Source: an uncultured Nitrososphaeraceae archaeon (GTDB taxonomy: Archaea > Thermoproteota > Nitrososphaeria > Nitrososphaerales > Nitrososphaeraceae). Taken from it: a stretch of 64,000 bases of DNA. The notes beneath the pieces were generated by a model that was given only the letters and a program-made list of their open reading frames with translations, searched no databases and was not told the DNA's origin. Positions 20,928 through 33,692 of the stretch are shown piece after piece (the first letter of the stretch is position 1; each line of letters begins with the position of its first letter). Position numbers and translations under genes: made by a program. The stretch spans positions 1-64,000 of the forward strand of contig CAWGVG010000028.1 in the NCBI GenBank assembly GCA_963825865.1, in the 5' to 3' direction.

Positions 20928-23051
20928 TCACGTCTTCTGTATCTTCTTCTGAATTAGATCGTCTTTCCAGATAAGATTACAATAAAGCATCTTAGGCACG
21001 ATTTTCTTGAATTCTGTACCATCTCCGACATACCATTTTGGAAACCACTCATACAGATGCAACCTAATAGTTTGAATGTATACTATCAAGCCTTCAATTA
21101 GCATAATTCCAATGTTGCCTCCGATTAATACTGCGTAACCTCCTCCATGCGCAAATGACTGATTTACAGTTACCAGTAATGCAGCATGTACTAAGAGCAT
21201 AATTCCAATCCTGGTATAGCTAATGACATTCGAAAGTACTTCTATAATTCTCACTAGAATAACTTCTATGACAATTCCCATGAAACCCCCTCCTTCGTCA
21301 TGTCCGTGTTTTGCTGCTATCTTTTGTTCTTTCATTCCTCCATAGATCATGATCCCTACAGTAGCAAAGATTATTGGTGGCGCTGCCTTTGCCACTAGGT
21401 CGACAGTAACCCATTTGCCAAATAGGAAAGTGAGCCAAGGAACTGGTTCCTTATGTATATGTCCACTAACTCCAAACATTCCAATTATATCGTAACCTGA
21501 TCCTATGGCAGCAAGTATCAGTGCAACCACAGCAAGAAACTGTATGATAGTTGGAATATCGTGTGTAAGTACGAAGAGCTTGTTGCGGTCCTTGATGTTC
21601 TTATGCAGCCTTAGGAAGAAAGCCATCAACAGGTGGACAATGCCTATTGCTACCGAAACCTTAAGTATTTTTATTACTTGGTCAAACGTAAGTTCAGATA
21701 CATTCAAAATGCCTACGAAGTTGCCTAGTGGTGCAAATAGAGGAGCCAGTATAGCTATTTGCTTTATGTGGAAACCAAAAAACTCGCCAGTACCTAGTCC
21801 TGCCAGGCTAGCTGCGGCACCGCTAGCAGCCAGGAGAGTACCCCACGTCCTTACAGAGCCATTTCCCCTGTGTCTTATCAGCATCCCGAGTCCAAATAGC
21901 AACAGCCCATGCCCAAGATCGCCGAACATAAGACCATAAAACAAGGGCCAGACAAAGGCTATAATTGGAGTTGGATCGATTTCGTCGTATCGGGGTGTTC
22001 CTTGAGTCTCAGTTATGACTTCAAATGTGCGAGTGTATGTCTTGTTGGTAAGAAGTGTAGGTAATACCTGACCGTTGTTTTGTTCATATTCATTAACATA
22101 TGCACCTTCAATTATTGAAATATAATCTCGGGTGAGATTCTCAAACTTCTTCTCCATTTGCTGTGGTATATAGCCCTGAATCATTGCAAAATTTTTTGTG
22201 CCTCCAGGCTTTCTGGTTATTTCTAGCACATCCTTGGCAACTTTTGTGGCTTCATGGAGCGATAGAACCTTGGTTAGTAATGCTAATTTTATTTTCTCTA
22301 TGTTCTTAGCGTTCTCAGAAGATTTTGCTTCTAATTCTTTAACCTTGGACTTAGATTGTGCATAAGCGATACTTGGATTCTGAGGCATATCTTCTGGAAT
22401 TTGAAGAGGATGAACGCCGAAACTTCTCATGACCTTGATTATTCTTTCTGAATTCTCACTCGGAGCAAATACTACAATCCATGACTTTTCATCGCCAAGT
22501 TTATTTATGTGAATTGGAAGATCGCCAAGGCTTTTTTGGATTTCCTCTTCATCCTTGGAATCAATAACAAAGATATCTGCAAAGAATCTCTTGAGGTTTC
22601 TAAAAGAAGCCAAATTTAAATTGAGATTTGCCGCCATCTTAAGCGCAGCTTCAATATTGCTGTATTCTTCTAGTTCCTTTGCAATCTTGGTTTTTTCCGT
22701 CAGAACCTTTTTTGGTTCATCTAGTAATGCCTTACTCTTATCTTCCAAATCGACAATAAAATTATGAATATCTTTAATAACATAATCAGTCTTCCCCTTT
22801 GGAGCGCCCTTGAACATGGTCGTCATGACGCCTGTCTCCAATGGAACACCTAATGCTCTGACGACCTCATCAACATCTTGGAATAATCTTTGAGCTCTTA
22901 ATAGAAGGTCATCAAGATAAGGACTCGTATGCTCAGAAGAAGCACTTTGGATAGGATGGAACGATTCTAGTTCTGCTAGCTTGCTCATTGCTTCCTGCGT
23001 TTCCATTCGTGGCACGATTAGCGTAGCTTTCATTAATTTGGCTAGTCCCAT
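20928..23051 (-). CDS. atpI: A-type ATP synthase subunit I (a)
   Basis: DPTP, FYGLMFGDLGHG, SNVISYTRI, IRLHLYEWF. Confidence 0.97.
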   Translation of the reverse strand: MGLAKLMKATLIVPRMETQEAMSKLAELESFHPIQSASSEHTSPYLDDLLLRAQRLFQDVDEVVRALGVPLETGVMTTMFKGAPKGKTDYVIKDIHNFIVDLEDKSKALLDEPKKVLTEKTKIAKELEEYSNIEAALKMAANLNLNLASFRNLKRFFADIFVIDSKDEEEIQKSLGDLPIHINKLGDEKSWIVVFAPSENSERIIKVMRSFGVHPLQIPEDMPQNPSIAYAQSKSKVKELEAKSSENAKNIEKIKLALLTKVLSLHEATKVAKDVLEITRKPGGTKNFAMIQGYIPQQMEKKFENLTRDYISIIEGAYVNEYEQNNGQVLPTLLTNKTYTRTFEVITETQGTPRYDEIDPTPIIAFVWPLFYGLMFGDLGHGLLLFGLGMLIRHRGNGSVRTWGTLLAASGAAASLAGLGTGEFFGFHIKQIAILAPLFAPLGNFVGILNVSELTFDQVIKILKVSVAIGIVHLLMAFFLRLHKNIKDRNKLFVLTHDIPTIIQFLAVVALILAAIGSGYDIIGMFGVSGHIHKEPVPWLTFLFGKWVTVDLVAKAAPPIIFATVGIMIYGGMKEQKIAAKHGHDEGGGFMGIVIEVILVRIIEVLSNVISYTRIGIMLLVHAALLVTVNQSFAHGGGYAVLIGGNIGIMLIEGLIVYIQTIRLHLYEWFPKWYVGDGTEFKKIVPKMLYCNLIWKDDLIQKKIQKT

Positions 23052-23271
23052 CTTAACTGTCTCTTGGTAATTTCAATCTCTTTAATATCTTTTCCTTTGA
23101 TATTTTCCGGCTTACAAATATCGAGTTACAGTTATTGGAAATTAAAATATCTAAAAATAGGATCATCTATCTTTATGGTAAATTTAACCATCAAATTGAT
23201 GTTACGGCAATCAAATAAAGATTAAAATAATTTAAAAAAACAGACTTGTGCTACTACTTGTGTCGTTTCAT

Positions 23272-23673
23272 CTACTGACCCAAGATAATGAACATCATGA
23301 CTATACCGTAAATCGCAATTGACTCCACCATACCCACAAAGATAAATACTCTTGATTGCATCTTTGGGTTATCGCTAATTGCAGCTAAACCTGCAGCTCC
23401 CACAAAGCCAAGTCCTATGCCAGCACCTGCACCTGCCAGACCAAAAGCCAAACCTGCACCAATAAGTTTTGAGCCCGCTTCTGAGCCAGAAGGGGATGAT
23501 TTTCCTTGTGCGTATGCTGCTGGACTCGTTGCGATTAGACTTGCAAAACCAACCGTGAGGAGAAAAACCACCAAGATTGGAATTACAATCTGTCCTTTCA
23601 TTTCCATCCTAAGGGTTCGAGCATAAATGCCATATTTAATTATAACTGAATAAAAGTGACAAGTTTTTTTCAT
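23272..23673 (-). CDS. atpK: A-type ATP synthase subunit K (c); true start probably MEMKG
   Basis: GAGLAFGLAGAGAGIG, VESIAIYG; N-terminal signal-like helix. Confidence 0.95.
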   Translation of the reverse strand: MKKTCHFYSVIIKYGIYARTLRMEMKGQIVIPILVVFLLTVGFASLIATSPAAYAQGKSSPSGSEAGSKLIGAGLAFGLAGAGAGIGLGFVGAAGLAAISDNPKMQSRVFIFVGMVESIAIYGIVMMFIILGQ

Positions 23674-23721
23674 AAAGTAAATAAAATTATCAGAAGAAAG
23701 ATGAATGAAAAGGTTTGGAGT

Positions 23722-23853
23722 TCAAATTTTCGACATTGTCTTTTGCTTGCTCTGTACAATCTGTTCCTTGATCTTGTGAAACATCGAATCACGTTCAGCC
23801 TTTAATACTGCTCGCGCCTTGTCAAAATAACTTGAAATTATATCTTGAGTCAT
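23722..23853 (-). CDS. 43-aa helical ORF in the atp operon (MTQDIISSYFDKARAVLKAERDSMFHKIKEQIVQSKQKTMSKI)
   Basis: ATG overlaps the atpD stop (ATGA); clean frame. Confidence 0.65.
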   Translation of the reverse strand: MTQDIISSYFDKARAVLKAERDSMFHKIKEQIVQSKQKTMSKI

Positions 23854-24521
23854 GCCGAGACAGTTGCTTTCTCCGCTTGCTCTGCTATCTTTCTCTTCTC
23901 AATTACTGCTTTAACCTTCTTCAAACGAACGAATTCCTCACGTTCACGTTCTTCTAACGATGCGCGTATAAATGTTATTGCATCCTCATATTGAGGAATA
24001 ATTACATATTCAAGAGCATTGATAAGTTTCTGCGTGCGTTCAAGCTCCTTTGCTAGGTTGAAAATGGCATTTTCATACTCTGCAGCTTTGCAGACTTTGG
24101 GAAGCATATTTTTGATTAGCCTAGCAGCCTTATCTACTGAAGCGTTTGTTTCAGAGAATCCATAAGATAGATCTTGACCACCCTCCTTGGTCTTTACTTG
24201 TAGTGTTGGGATCTTCACGTCGACAATCCTTCTAATATTGACATCGACTTCCATAACGCTTGGAGTAGAGTCTGAAACCGATTCTAATGTGGTAGTGCCA
24301 AGTGACATGTATGCATCGTAAACAGATGTGTAAATTTCACCGAGAGGCGACCAGATATCTCCTCTAGCTTTGTTAGCTTCTTCGATCATTTCGTCAATCT
24401 TCTTCAGTAACACCTCACGCTTATCATCGAGAATTTTGTGGACCATTTTCGCTACTTGCATTGAGCGTCGGATTTTGATGAGCTCGATTTTTGTTGCAGA
24501 AACTCTTCTTCCAAATGACAT
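23850..24521 (-). CDS. atpD: A-type ATP synthase subunit D
   Basis: HKILDDKREVL, TQKLINALEYVIIP, LEEREREEF. Confidence 0.97.
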   Translation of the reverse strand: MSFGRRVSATKIELIKIRRSMQVAKMVHKILDDKREVLLKKIDEMIEEANKARGDIWSPLGEIYTSVYDAYMSLGTTTLESVSDSTPSVMEVDVNIRRIVDVKIPTLQVKTKEGGQDLSYGFSETNASVDKAARLIKNMLPKVCKAAEYENAIFNLAKELERTQKLINALEYVIIPQYEDAITFIRASLEEREREEFVRLKKVKAVIEKRKIAEQAEKATVSA

Positions 24522-24527
24522 TTTGAA

Positions 24528-25919
24528 TTACTTGCTTCCTTTGTAATATTGTCTGACGTTCCTCTCTTTGATCTTTGTCAATTCGCCTTCTGGAAGTGTA
24601 GATAATACATCCCATGCTCTACCTAAAGTCTCTTCTAAGTTCCTATTTTCATCAGGGCTCTGCTTTAAAAAAAGATTTTCAAATATGTCGCCTGAGTCCA
24701 GATACTTTAAATCTATACCAGTCAAACCTGCCCTGCCAACGATTTCAGAAAGTGCTCGTACTTCTTGTGCCCTTGAATAAGCATCGTATAACTGATTTCC
24801 AACTTCCATGTGATCTGCTCTTGTCTTTGCTTCACCTACGCCGTCTTTCATCAATCTCGAAAGGGACATGAGAACGTTAACGGGCGGATAAATGCCCTTT
24901 CTAAATAGATCCCTGCCAAGCACAATCTGTCCTTCAGTAATGTATCCAGTAAGATCTGGAATTGGATGGGTTATATCATCTGCTGGCATTGATAGAATTG
25001 GTACCTGTGTTACACTCCCATTCTTATCTTTGATTCTGCCTGCGCGCTCGTAGTTGTTTGCAAGGTCTGTATACAGATAACCTGGATATCCCTTTCTGCC
25101 TGGGACCTCTTCTCTTGCTGCACTAATTTCTCTTAGCGCTTCTGCATAGTTTGTTATGTCTGTTAAAATTGCCAGCACATGCATTCCCAGATCAAATGCC
25201 AAATACTCAGCGACTGTTAATGCAACTCTAGGTGTTATAATTCTCTCAATGGCTGGATCGTCTGCTAGATTCAGGAATAAAACACTTCGTCTAAGAGCGC
25301 CCGATTCTTCTAGACTACGCTTAAAATACTGTGCTTCAGAATATTGCACTCCGATTGCTGCAAATACTACTGCAAAGTCCTCCTTTGTTCCTACTACTGT
25401 TGCTTGGCGTGCTATTTGTGCTGCCAGGATATTATGTGGCATACCAGAACCCGAAAAAATTGGAAGCTTCTGGCCTCTTACCAGTGTGAGCATTCCATCA
25501 ATTACTGAAATACCAGTCTGGATAAAGGACGTTGGATATTCTCTTCTTTCTGGATTCATTGGTTCCCCATTAACATCGATAAATCTATCGGCGATAGGAT
25601 CGGGTAGTCCATCATTTGGTCTTCCAAGACCGTCAAACACTCTGCCAAGCAATTCCTGTGAAACTGGCATTGCCATCGTCTTGCCAAGGAACTTTGCCTT
25701 TGTACCGCTTATTGCAAGACCAGATGTACCTTCGAATACCTGAACTACAGCTTTGCCATATCCTACCTCTAATACCTTACCTAATCTTCTTTGACCTTCA
25801 GCTGTCTCAATTTCCACAAGTTCATCGAAAGATACCTTAGTTACGCCATCGATAATCATAAGAGGGCCCTTAATTTCAGCTACGTTGGTATATTCAACAC
25901 CCACTACTGTCTCAGACAA
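24528..25919 (-). CDS. atpB: A-type ATP synthase subunit B
   Basis: [31 protein letters not shown]. Confidence 0.98.
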   Translation of the reverse strand: MSETVVGVEYTNVAEIKGPLMIIDGVTKVSFDELVEIETAEGQRRLGKVLEVGYGKAVVQVFEGTSGLAISGTKAKFLGKTMAMPVSQELLGRVFDGLGRPNDGLPDPIADRFIDVNGEPMNPERREYPTSFIQTGISVIDGMLTLVRGQKLPIFSGSGMPHNILAAQIARQATVVGTKEDFAVVFAAIGVQYSEAQYFKRSLEESGALRRSVLFLNLADDPAIERIITPRVALTVAEYLAFDLGMHVLAILTDITNYAEALREISAAREEVPGRKGYPGYLYTDLANNYERAGRIKDKNGSVTQVPILSMPADDITHPIPDLTGYITEGQIVLGRDLFRKGIYPPVNVLMSLSRLMKDGVGEAKTRADHMEVGNQLYDAYSRAQEVRALSEIVGRAGLTGIDLKYLDSGDIFENLFLKQSPDENRNLEETLGRAWDVLSTLPEGELTKIKERNVRQYYKGSK

Positions 25920-27700
25920 TTACCTTTACCTCCTCACGTGCAACCGCTTTTCGGAATTGCTCGGGCATCTGTTTGTCTATATCATCCAATTTTGCTATTT
26001 GGTCATCGGGAATTTCAAATTTTGCTTTTAGAAGTGATGTTATAACTGGCATAGCTCTGATATCTGCCAGCGATGCCCCCTCCTTAAGTGCTTTTTGTGC
26101 TTCCTTATAGAATTTTACCAATAATCTAACTAGTTTCAATTGTTTTTCTGGACTACAGTATGTGTCTACCTTGTCAAATGAGTTCTGCTGTAGAATGCCG
26201 ATTTTGATCATTCTTGCGACCTCTAATACCAATTTTTCTTCATCCGGTAGTGCTTCAGGACCAAGCAACCTAACTATTTCTTTCAAAGTGTCTTCTCGCT
26301 GAAGGATATGATAAGACTCTGCTCTAAGGTCGTACCATTCTGCGCTTATATTTTGCTTCCACCACTTTGATACATCTTCAAGATATCCAGAATACGAATT
26401 CATCCAATTGATAGATGGATAATGCCTTGAATATGCTAGTCTTGTATCAAGAGCCCAAAAGGTTTTGATAAATCTGATAGTGTGTGTTGTAACTGGTTCT
26501 GTAAAGTCGGCTCCTGATGGAGACACTGCTCCGACCAACGTTACAGAGCCTGCTCTTTCCGGTGAGCCCAATGCTCTTACACGTCCTGCTCTTTCGTAGA
26601 ATTCAGCTAGCCTTGATGCAAGGTAGGACGGATATCCTTCCTCTGCGGGCATCTCTTCAAGACGACCAGACATTTCTCGCAATGCCTCTGCCCATCTGCT
26701 TGTTGAATCTGCTACGAGTACAACATCATACCCCATATCACGATAGTATTCCGCCATTGTAACTCCAGTGTAAATCGATGCCTCTCTTGCTGCCTACTGG
26801 CATATTACTGGTATTTGCTACCAATACTGTCCTTTCCATAAGTGGCCTTCCGGATCTAGGATCTATTAAGTGCGGAAATTCAACCAAGACCTCAGTCATC
26901 TCATTACCGCGTTCACCACATCCAATGTAAACGACTACTTTGGAATCGGCCCATTTTGCAATTTGGTGTAGTGTAACGGTCTTGCCTGTTCCGAACCCTC
27001 CTGGAATTGCACCTGTTCCTCCCTTTGCAATTGGGAAGTAGGTGTCAATTACACGTTGTCCTGTAATTAATGGCACTGATGGATCATATCTTTCGGTGTA
27101 GGGACGCGGCCTTCTAACCGGCCATTTGTGATACATCTTTAGTTGGGTTTTATTACCATCCTTTTCTGTAATGGCTATAACATGTTCAATGTCATAATCA
27201 CCTTCACTTGCAATATCAGTAATTTTACCGCCCTGATGATCAGGAGGAACCAGAATACTATGAGTTAAAAGTGGAGTCTCTTCCACAGTACCAAGGATAG
27301 ATCCCGCACTAATCTCATCTCCTTTCTTTAAACTAGGTTTGAACTTGTATTTTTTTTTCATATCGACTGGAGTTGTGGCTACCCCTCTTCCAATAAAGGC
27401 TCCTGATTTTTGAGCAATTTCTTTAAGTGGCCTTTGAATTCCGTCGTAAATCTTGCCAATTATTCCAGGACCTAGTAAAACCGACAGTGGCTGACCAGTA
27501 CCAACTACAGGTTCACCTGGCCTTAAACCGGATGTAGATTCGTAAACTTGGATAAATGCAGTATCACCTGTTAATCTGAGAACTTCACCAATTAATTTTG
27601 ATTCTCCTACCTCTATAGTTTCATACATTTTTGTAGAAGACATACCGTCAGCTCTTACAGCCGGACCGCTGACCCAAACAATTTTTCCTTTACCCACCAT
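25912..27700 (-). CDS. atpA: A-type ATP synthase subunit A (frameshift near 26790)
   Basis: GGFGTGKT Walker [23 protein letters not shown]. Confidence 0.96.
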
Positions 27701-27704
27701 ATTC

Positions 27705-28325
27705 TTATTTCTCGCCTCTCAGCATTTGGACAATATTCTTCCTTATTAAAGGTTTGAACCTTTCAATACGTGAATCCAGAGTATTGTCATATGTTATTGA
27801 TCCGTCAGCAGATCTTACACGGATTCCACCAATAGCGTTTATCGGCTGATCAGATAACTTTACTTTGAATTTAGTATTTTTATCATTTGAAAGATTGGTG
27901 ATTGCCTTTTTTACTAAGTCGAAATCATTTTTATTGCATTCTATAATGACTTCATCAGAACCTATTGCTGAAACACTGTCTTCAAGCATTCTGGTAATCA
28001 GAACTCGGTAACTTTCTTCTTTGTTTGAAGATGCTAACTCTAATTTGGCCTTTTCAAAAGCATTATTTACAGCTGTGTCTATCAATAAAAGCTGCTTGTT
28101 TCTGGCGGCCAGTCGACTTGAACCAACAATTTGCCTTTTAAGATTTTCTGCTTGTTTCTTGGCACCTTCTACAATTCTTAGATATTCAGCTTCAAGCTTT
28201 GTTCTGGAGGATTCAAGGTTAGTTAATGCTTCCTGATAAGCAGAATCGATTTGAGTAATTAAATCTGCTTCCTTTTGAGATAGAACTTTATCCACTGTTC
28301 GTTCTAATGCAGAACTTGTGCTCAT
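27705..28325 (-). CDS. atpE: A-type ATP synthase subunit E
   Basis: Coiled coil followed by [23 protein letters not shown]. Confidence 0.95.
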   Translation of the reverse strand: MSTSSALERTVDKVLSQKEADLITQIDSAYQEALTNLESSRTKLEAEYLRIVEGAKKQAENLKRQIVGSSRLAARNKQLLLIDTAVNNAFEKAKLELASSNKEESYRVLITRMLEDSVSAIGSDEVIIECNKNDFDLVKKAITNLSNDKNTKFKVKLSDQPINAIGGIRVRSADGSITYDNTLDSRIERFKPLIRKNIVQMLRGEK

Positions 28326-29183
28326 TTTACAATGTTTTTGGAGTCATGTGATTTTAATCTTTTGTTATAAATGAATTGTTATAGATCTTCTAGTCCGTAG
28401 TAATTCTAAATCTGGTTCTATCAGATAGCAGAGATCAATAACACGTAGTATACCGCTCATCATCGTGTCATTCCTTTTGAGTTAAAAGTAGTCTTTTGCA
28501 ATAATACTGTTCCCAAATTGATGTAGTCAATATGATCTTCAAGTCAAGAAAGTATTTGGAATATCTATTGAAAACCTAAATTTTGTTGCTCTGATTGATC
28601 CCATAAATGAGTTCTTAAATCGTACAGTAAACACACTTCGTTGCAAAAAGTTGGCGCTTGGCACCAGCATCATTGCTTACGGAATAAAAGTCAATATGTG
28701 ATCAAACATCTTTATCATAAAGGTCTGAATTTTTCCTATACGAATCGAGATTAAATCCTTGAATCGCAATTGCAACATGCATATTACGTTGAAATGCTGT
28801 CCATCAATTCCAAATCTGGAATTAAGCTCTCTACCATTATGAAGCTATTTTAGCGTAGTCTATCAGTAATCAATCCATCCTCTAAAACTTATGAAGATGA
28901 ATTAGAAGCAAGAAGTAAGGTTTGCATCATTATTTGTGTATACTTTTTCTAATGCTCTGTCAAGGCATTCTACAAATTCTTCGAATACCGAATTGAGATC
29001 CATTACACATTCCTTTATTAACGGTATAGCATAAATTGAAATTCCCCGTTATCGAGTAAGCATATTTTCGATATTCTATCCCAATTGTAAAGGCTCTTTC
29101 AGAATCATGGCATATTCTATTTTTAACTTTTATGCCTGCTTGTAAATTGATCGGACCAGACTAGCTGTGGTTGACTATCTACT

Positions 29184-29690
29184 TTATAACAACTTCTTTT
29201 CTGACATTTTTTTTATTTTTATATCGATGTTTCTTGACAGAGAGCGGATACGAGTCAAGTGGCTTCCCTCCCAGTAAATTTTATTACAGTTTGAGCATTT
29301 AAAAAATTTTTTATGTGATTTAAGTACCTTAGAAGGAATATCTTTTTTACATTGATATGTTTTTCCTCTACCAACAATCCATTGCAACAGAACATCTGGA
29401 ATTCATAGTATCAAAACTTACAGAAGTAATTTCATATTTAGATAATATATGTACTATATCTTCAAAGTCATCAGAACATTTCAGCAAAACTCCATGTGCT
29501 TCTGTTTTTACGATTCTTTTGAACAACTCCTTATCACAGGTTAAAATAACCCTATTGTCTTCAATCCCAATTTTTAATACCTCATCGTCATGGATAGCTA
29601 ATATACAAAGTATCGAAACCAAAAATACGTAATTTGCGAGCAACACTTCCCAGCATTGCATCTGCTAAAAAAGTTGGCTTATGAACTAAC
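29184..29690 (-). CDS. Mut7-C family RNase (PIN-like + Zn ribbon), frameshifted; start approximate
   Basis: FLADAMLGSVARKLRIFGFDT, ILTCDKEL, CSNCNKIYWEGSH. Confidence 0.85.
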
Positions 29691-30234
29691 TAATGTCTCG
29701 CCCCTACATTCTTCACAGGTAAATGTTCCTTCACTATACTGCAAAAGATCAGACCATTCACCGCACTCATCGCAATATCCAGAAACATTGCCAGCAGACC
29801 GTCCTATTTCTCCTCTTACAAGTGCTGATTTCTCAGAAATTACGTCAACCAAATCTGGAGTAACTGCAATAACGTCTGATAGCAGAGATAATTCCAACAA
29901 GTCTATTTTTATAAACTACACCTAAACTCTTAATATTATGTTGTCGTCAATATACGGGCAGCCTCGGTGACTCCCTCTTCGCCTTCTATAGTGTGTAATT
30001 TTTGCATAATATCAGAAGCGTTAAGCAGACTTGGTTTGATATCCTCAACAACAGCATTTGAAACAATATCCCAATCAGTAACAATTCCTAAGTGTCTTTT
30101 CTTTTTCCATAATTATAATACTTCCAATCTCTTTCTTCTTTCATCTTTATTGCAATATCTTTGATGCTATGCCTCAGGGAAGCTGAGATGACAGGACTAT
30201 TCATAATATCTCTGACAAGCACTCTTGTTGTCAT
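29679..30234 (-). CDS. CBS-domain protein with C-terminal Zn finger, frameshifted
   Basis: MTTRVLVRDIMNSPVIS, LGIVTDWDIV, GYCDECGEWSD...CEEC. Confidence 0.8.
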
Positions 30235-30313
30235 ATTAGCGTCACCATGTTGCTCTGACAGGTTTTTTTACCACAACATTAAATCGAAAATTATGGGTCT
30301 TTAATTACTTTGC

Positions 30314-32343
30314 TCATCGGGTAAATGATGCTCTTGAGTAAGTGCCGAACGTACTCTCCATCTCCTCTTCCTGTAAAAGAAATCTTTGACTGTCCGCTGC
30401 GGGAATTGTCCTAATAAAGTCATCGAGAGCAAGTGTTTTTGATAAAATCTGCCAAACCGTAACTTTCATCTCCATGAGTATCAGGTAAGCGACTTTAACA
30501 AGTTCACTCTTTATTTTTTTTGCTGCGTTCATTGGATCCATTCCACCTGGCAACAAGATTGCAAAAACTAGAGATTTTTTCTTTATAGCGTCAGCTGGCC
30601 CACAAACTAGAAGCATATCGACTGTCGTCAAATTACATAATTCCTACTGCGAGTCTTATTTCAGACCCCTTTATATAATTTCGCTTACCCTCTATAACAA
30701 ACGAACCTTTTGGAAGAAATTGTCCTGTTGGAGCACCCTTCTTTATCTGATTTGGCATTACCCAATATGCATCTGCGCTAGATAAGTCCATCCTTCCATG
30801 CTCTACTAAATGACACAGTTGCCTGTGCTACTTCCTGCAGTGCTTGTTTCTATTTCTCCAGCTTTAATTGCATTTTTAATAATGAAGAATGGAGACCCAT
30901 ATACTTCAGCATGGAATACGATATCATATTCCGTCAAATGTTTGCGTATTATAGGCAGAGTTTGATGAAGCATCTCTCCCCCCGAATGCTAGCAATCCTT
31001 CACTTGTGATAAACCATCGATATCGCTCATACCATTCTCTATTATCTTGTTGCTTGATAACAATTTTCTTCTGAATCGCAGTGTCCTGATTTCGTAATCT
31101 TTCAATTTGATCAAGCAGATTTTCTTTTAGTTTCTTCGATTGAGATATTGCCACGTTCCATTTCCTTAGCCCTTTCATATAACATTGAAGATACCTTGGG
31201 CAAGATTAGAATTCAAGTGAATACGTTCGCCTACTACTTCAAGATATTTTATTCCTCTTTCGTTTACAATAGCTGCATAATTTGTTTGAAGCAGTTCCTT
31301 GATTGAATTATCAGCAAAATCATGAATTCCAAGATAAGAGAGTTCCATTAATTCATTGGCAATTTTTCGGATAGCAGTAGACTTTGAAATAACTTCCTCT
31401 TTTGCCTTATTCAGTTCCGAAAGATCATGTTCTAATAATGCAATTTCTCTATCTATTTCAATTGTCCTAATATTGCTGTCTATATTCATAATATCGTTGC
31501 TTAAAACTTCGTCTACGGCGTCGAGATAAGAATTAACTTTTCTGATTTTCAATTTTCTGGCTTTATCTGTTATAATAGGAAGTGCATCCTGTGCTTTCCC
31601 ATCGTCTCCCAGAATGACAATTGGTTCATGATTTCTCCCTGTACTAATATCCGTAACAAATCCTTAACAGCATCGATATATTCTAATCACATCCTCCTCT
31701 GAAAGCTGTCCAACCTTTCTTTGATTGTATTCCTATCCTTATTGCAATTTCTTCTACAAATTTTTTTGGCATTGAAAGATTTCTTCCCATCCATCTTAAG
31801 ACATCAAGATCCATTATCTCGCGTTTTATTGTTGTTTTTAACTGCTCTAACGAAATATCAAAGACATCGAATCCTCTAATAGGCGGAGGTGTGTATCGTA
31901 ATCCAACCTTTAACGTTCTATGCCTTACTTCAATAGAATTAGAATAGATATAATCTGCATACTCTCATCACAAAGATATAATATTTCCTTCACCAAAGAA
32001 TTCGACAATCATTATTCTCACATCACCTTCCAAATGCATAAATTTGATGGTCACAATACGCTCTGCTACCTATCTGATCGATTGAATTCAATTTTGACTC
32101 TTTCAACTTCAGTCTTTAATAATGTCAATTTGTTCATTTTCCTCGACTGGTTTAAATTTCAACTTTGTAATCCAGATACCTTTAACAGAAACCATTAGAA
32201 TAATATCTGGTTCTTTCGAGTGATGTAGATTGAAAAGAAAGAATTTTTTGTAACGGCATTGATACTACTAACATAATACCCTGATATAATTTTGGATTTA
32301 ACCTCATTTACTAGTAACGCAGCTCAATGCCAGACAACTCCAT
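30314..32343 (-). CDS. rqcH: Ribosome rescue factor RqcH/NEMF (NFACT), multiple frameshifts
   Basis: MELSGIELR start, [46 protein letters not shown]. Confidence 0.85.
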
Positions 32344-32470
32344 AATCAACTCAAAGGTATTTGTCACAAATATTAACCAAAACAATATCAAATCATAATA
32401 GTGTTACAATAGAGGAACAAAACCGTAAGAAATTAAACCAAGTGCCATTTAATGACAGAAAGTAACCTAT

Positions 32471-32770
32471 TTGGAGCCTTTAGACAGAGTTTTTTATATG
32501 AGAGCAATTTTAGGATTGATTGCTGGTATAATCAGTGGATTTATAATAACACCAGGATCAGATCAATCTAGCAGCAGTAGGGACAATGACTTTTATTGCT
32601 ATTATATTTTACATAATATCATATACACTTGCGAAGCGTATTGCAAAAGATACTCCGACAGACGAACAAAAAGAAAGTTAGTCACAAACGGCATATTTCC
32701 ATTTATTTTCCTGTTAATGATGTTCATGATAGTCGTATATACTGGATTGTGGCAGAACATGGCAGGTTAA
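32471..32770 (+). CDS. EMC6/Rab5ip-like small membrane protein (internal frameshifts)
   Basis: YMRAILGLIAGIISG and GIFPFIFLLMMFMIVVYT pattern. Confidence 0.55.
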   Translation: MEPLDRVFYMRAILGLIAGIISGFIITPGSDQSSSSRDNDFYCYYILHNIIYTCEAYCKRYSDRRTKRKLVTNGIFPFIFLLMMFMIVVYTGLWQNMAG

Positions 32771-32804
32771 AATAGCGGCTTTAGATAATTATAAATACAC
32801 TACA

Positions 32805-33391
32805 TTGCTTTGGGATTACCATACTCCTGGTATTCCTGATGAGTTATTTGAAAGAGCTGAATAAGTTCCAATTACGAAGGAAGAATAAGAGCCCTGTAAT
32901 AATTAGTAAATTACGATTAAAGAAGAATTCGTCTGCGATAGATATTGGATGCGGAAGTGGAAGCATCACAGTCGAGGTCTGTTTACAGACAAAAGGTCAG
33001 AGTATATGCTATTGATTATAATCAAAATGCAATCGAATTAACAAAAAGGAATCTTCAAAGATTTGGAGTGAAAGCAGAAATATTCTTATCCAAAGCGCAG
33101 GATATTTTGCCATTACTTCCACAAGTCGACGCAGTAATAATTGGCGGGACATGGGGAGACGCTGAGCGAGATAATACGGTTAGGCATAGATCGATTAAAG
33201 AAAGGTGGCAGAATAGTAATTGATACAATTCTAATTGAAACAATGTACAAGGCAATAACTACAATAAACGAAGCAAACTGAATGAAGTTGATATTACACA
33301 AGCAACAATTGCGAAAGCAAGAAAAGTAACGACAGGTACGATGATGACTTCAAGAAATCCGATAATGATGATTTCGGCTACAAAGCCTTGA
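32805..33391 (+). CDS. cbiT: Cobalt-precorrin-6B C15-methyltransferase, frameshifted
   Basis: TPGIPDELFER, PITKEE, DIGCGSGSITVE, GTMM..RNPI motifs across frames. Confidence 0.85.
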
Positions 33392-33692
33392 CTACAATAA
33401 TTATACTATACAAAAAATGGACAAGGTCACTTGTCTATCTAAAAGATTTGCTTAATTAGTATGAATGAGGTCCTTGCAAAAGAATTTGTTGATGTGGTTG
33501 TCACATTGTCACATGGATCTTTTGCTATTATCATTAGAAGTCAGATAAATCCTTTGTGGGTTTGATATTGACAGGCGAGATCTGGACTCAAATGTGAAAG
33601 GATGCATGCACTTCATTCAGGCTATATAAGGGAATTAAGAAGGCTTTTGTATCTTTCAATTTAAATAACTCTCAATTTTAAAAACTATAAGA

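Noticed and set aside
25912-27700. Split atpA as an intein or programmed frameshift
   Set aside because: No intein sequence; a single-base indel explains it, and similar indels are widespread in the window.
21505-28236. Plus-strand ORFs within the atp operon (e.g. 21505, 25156, 28021)
   Set aside because: Antisense shadows of well-supported genes.
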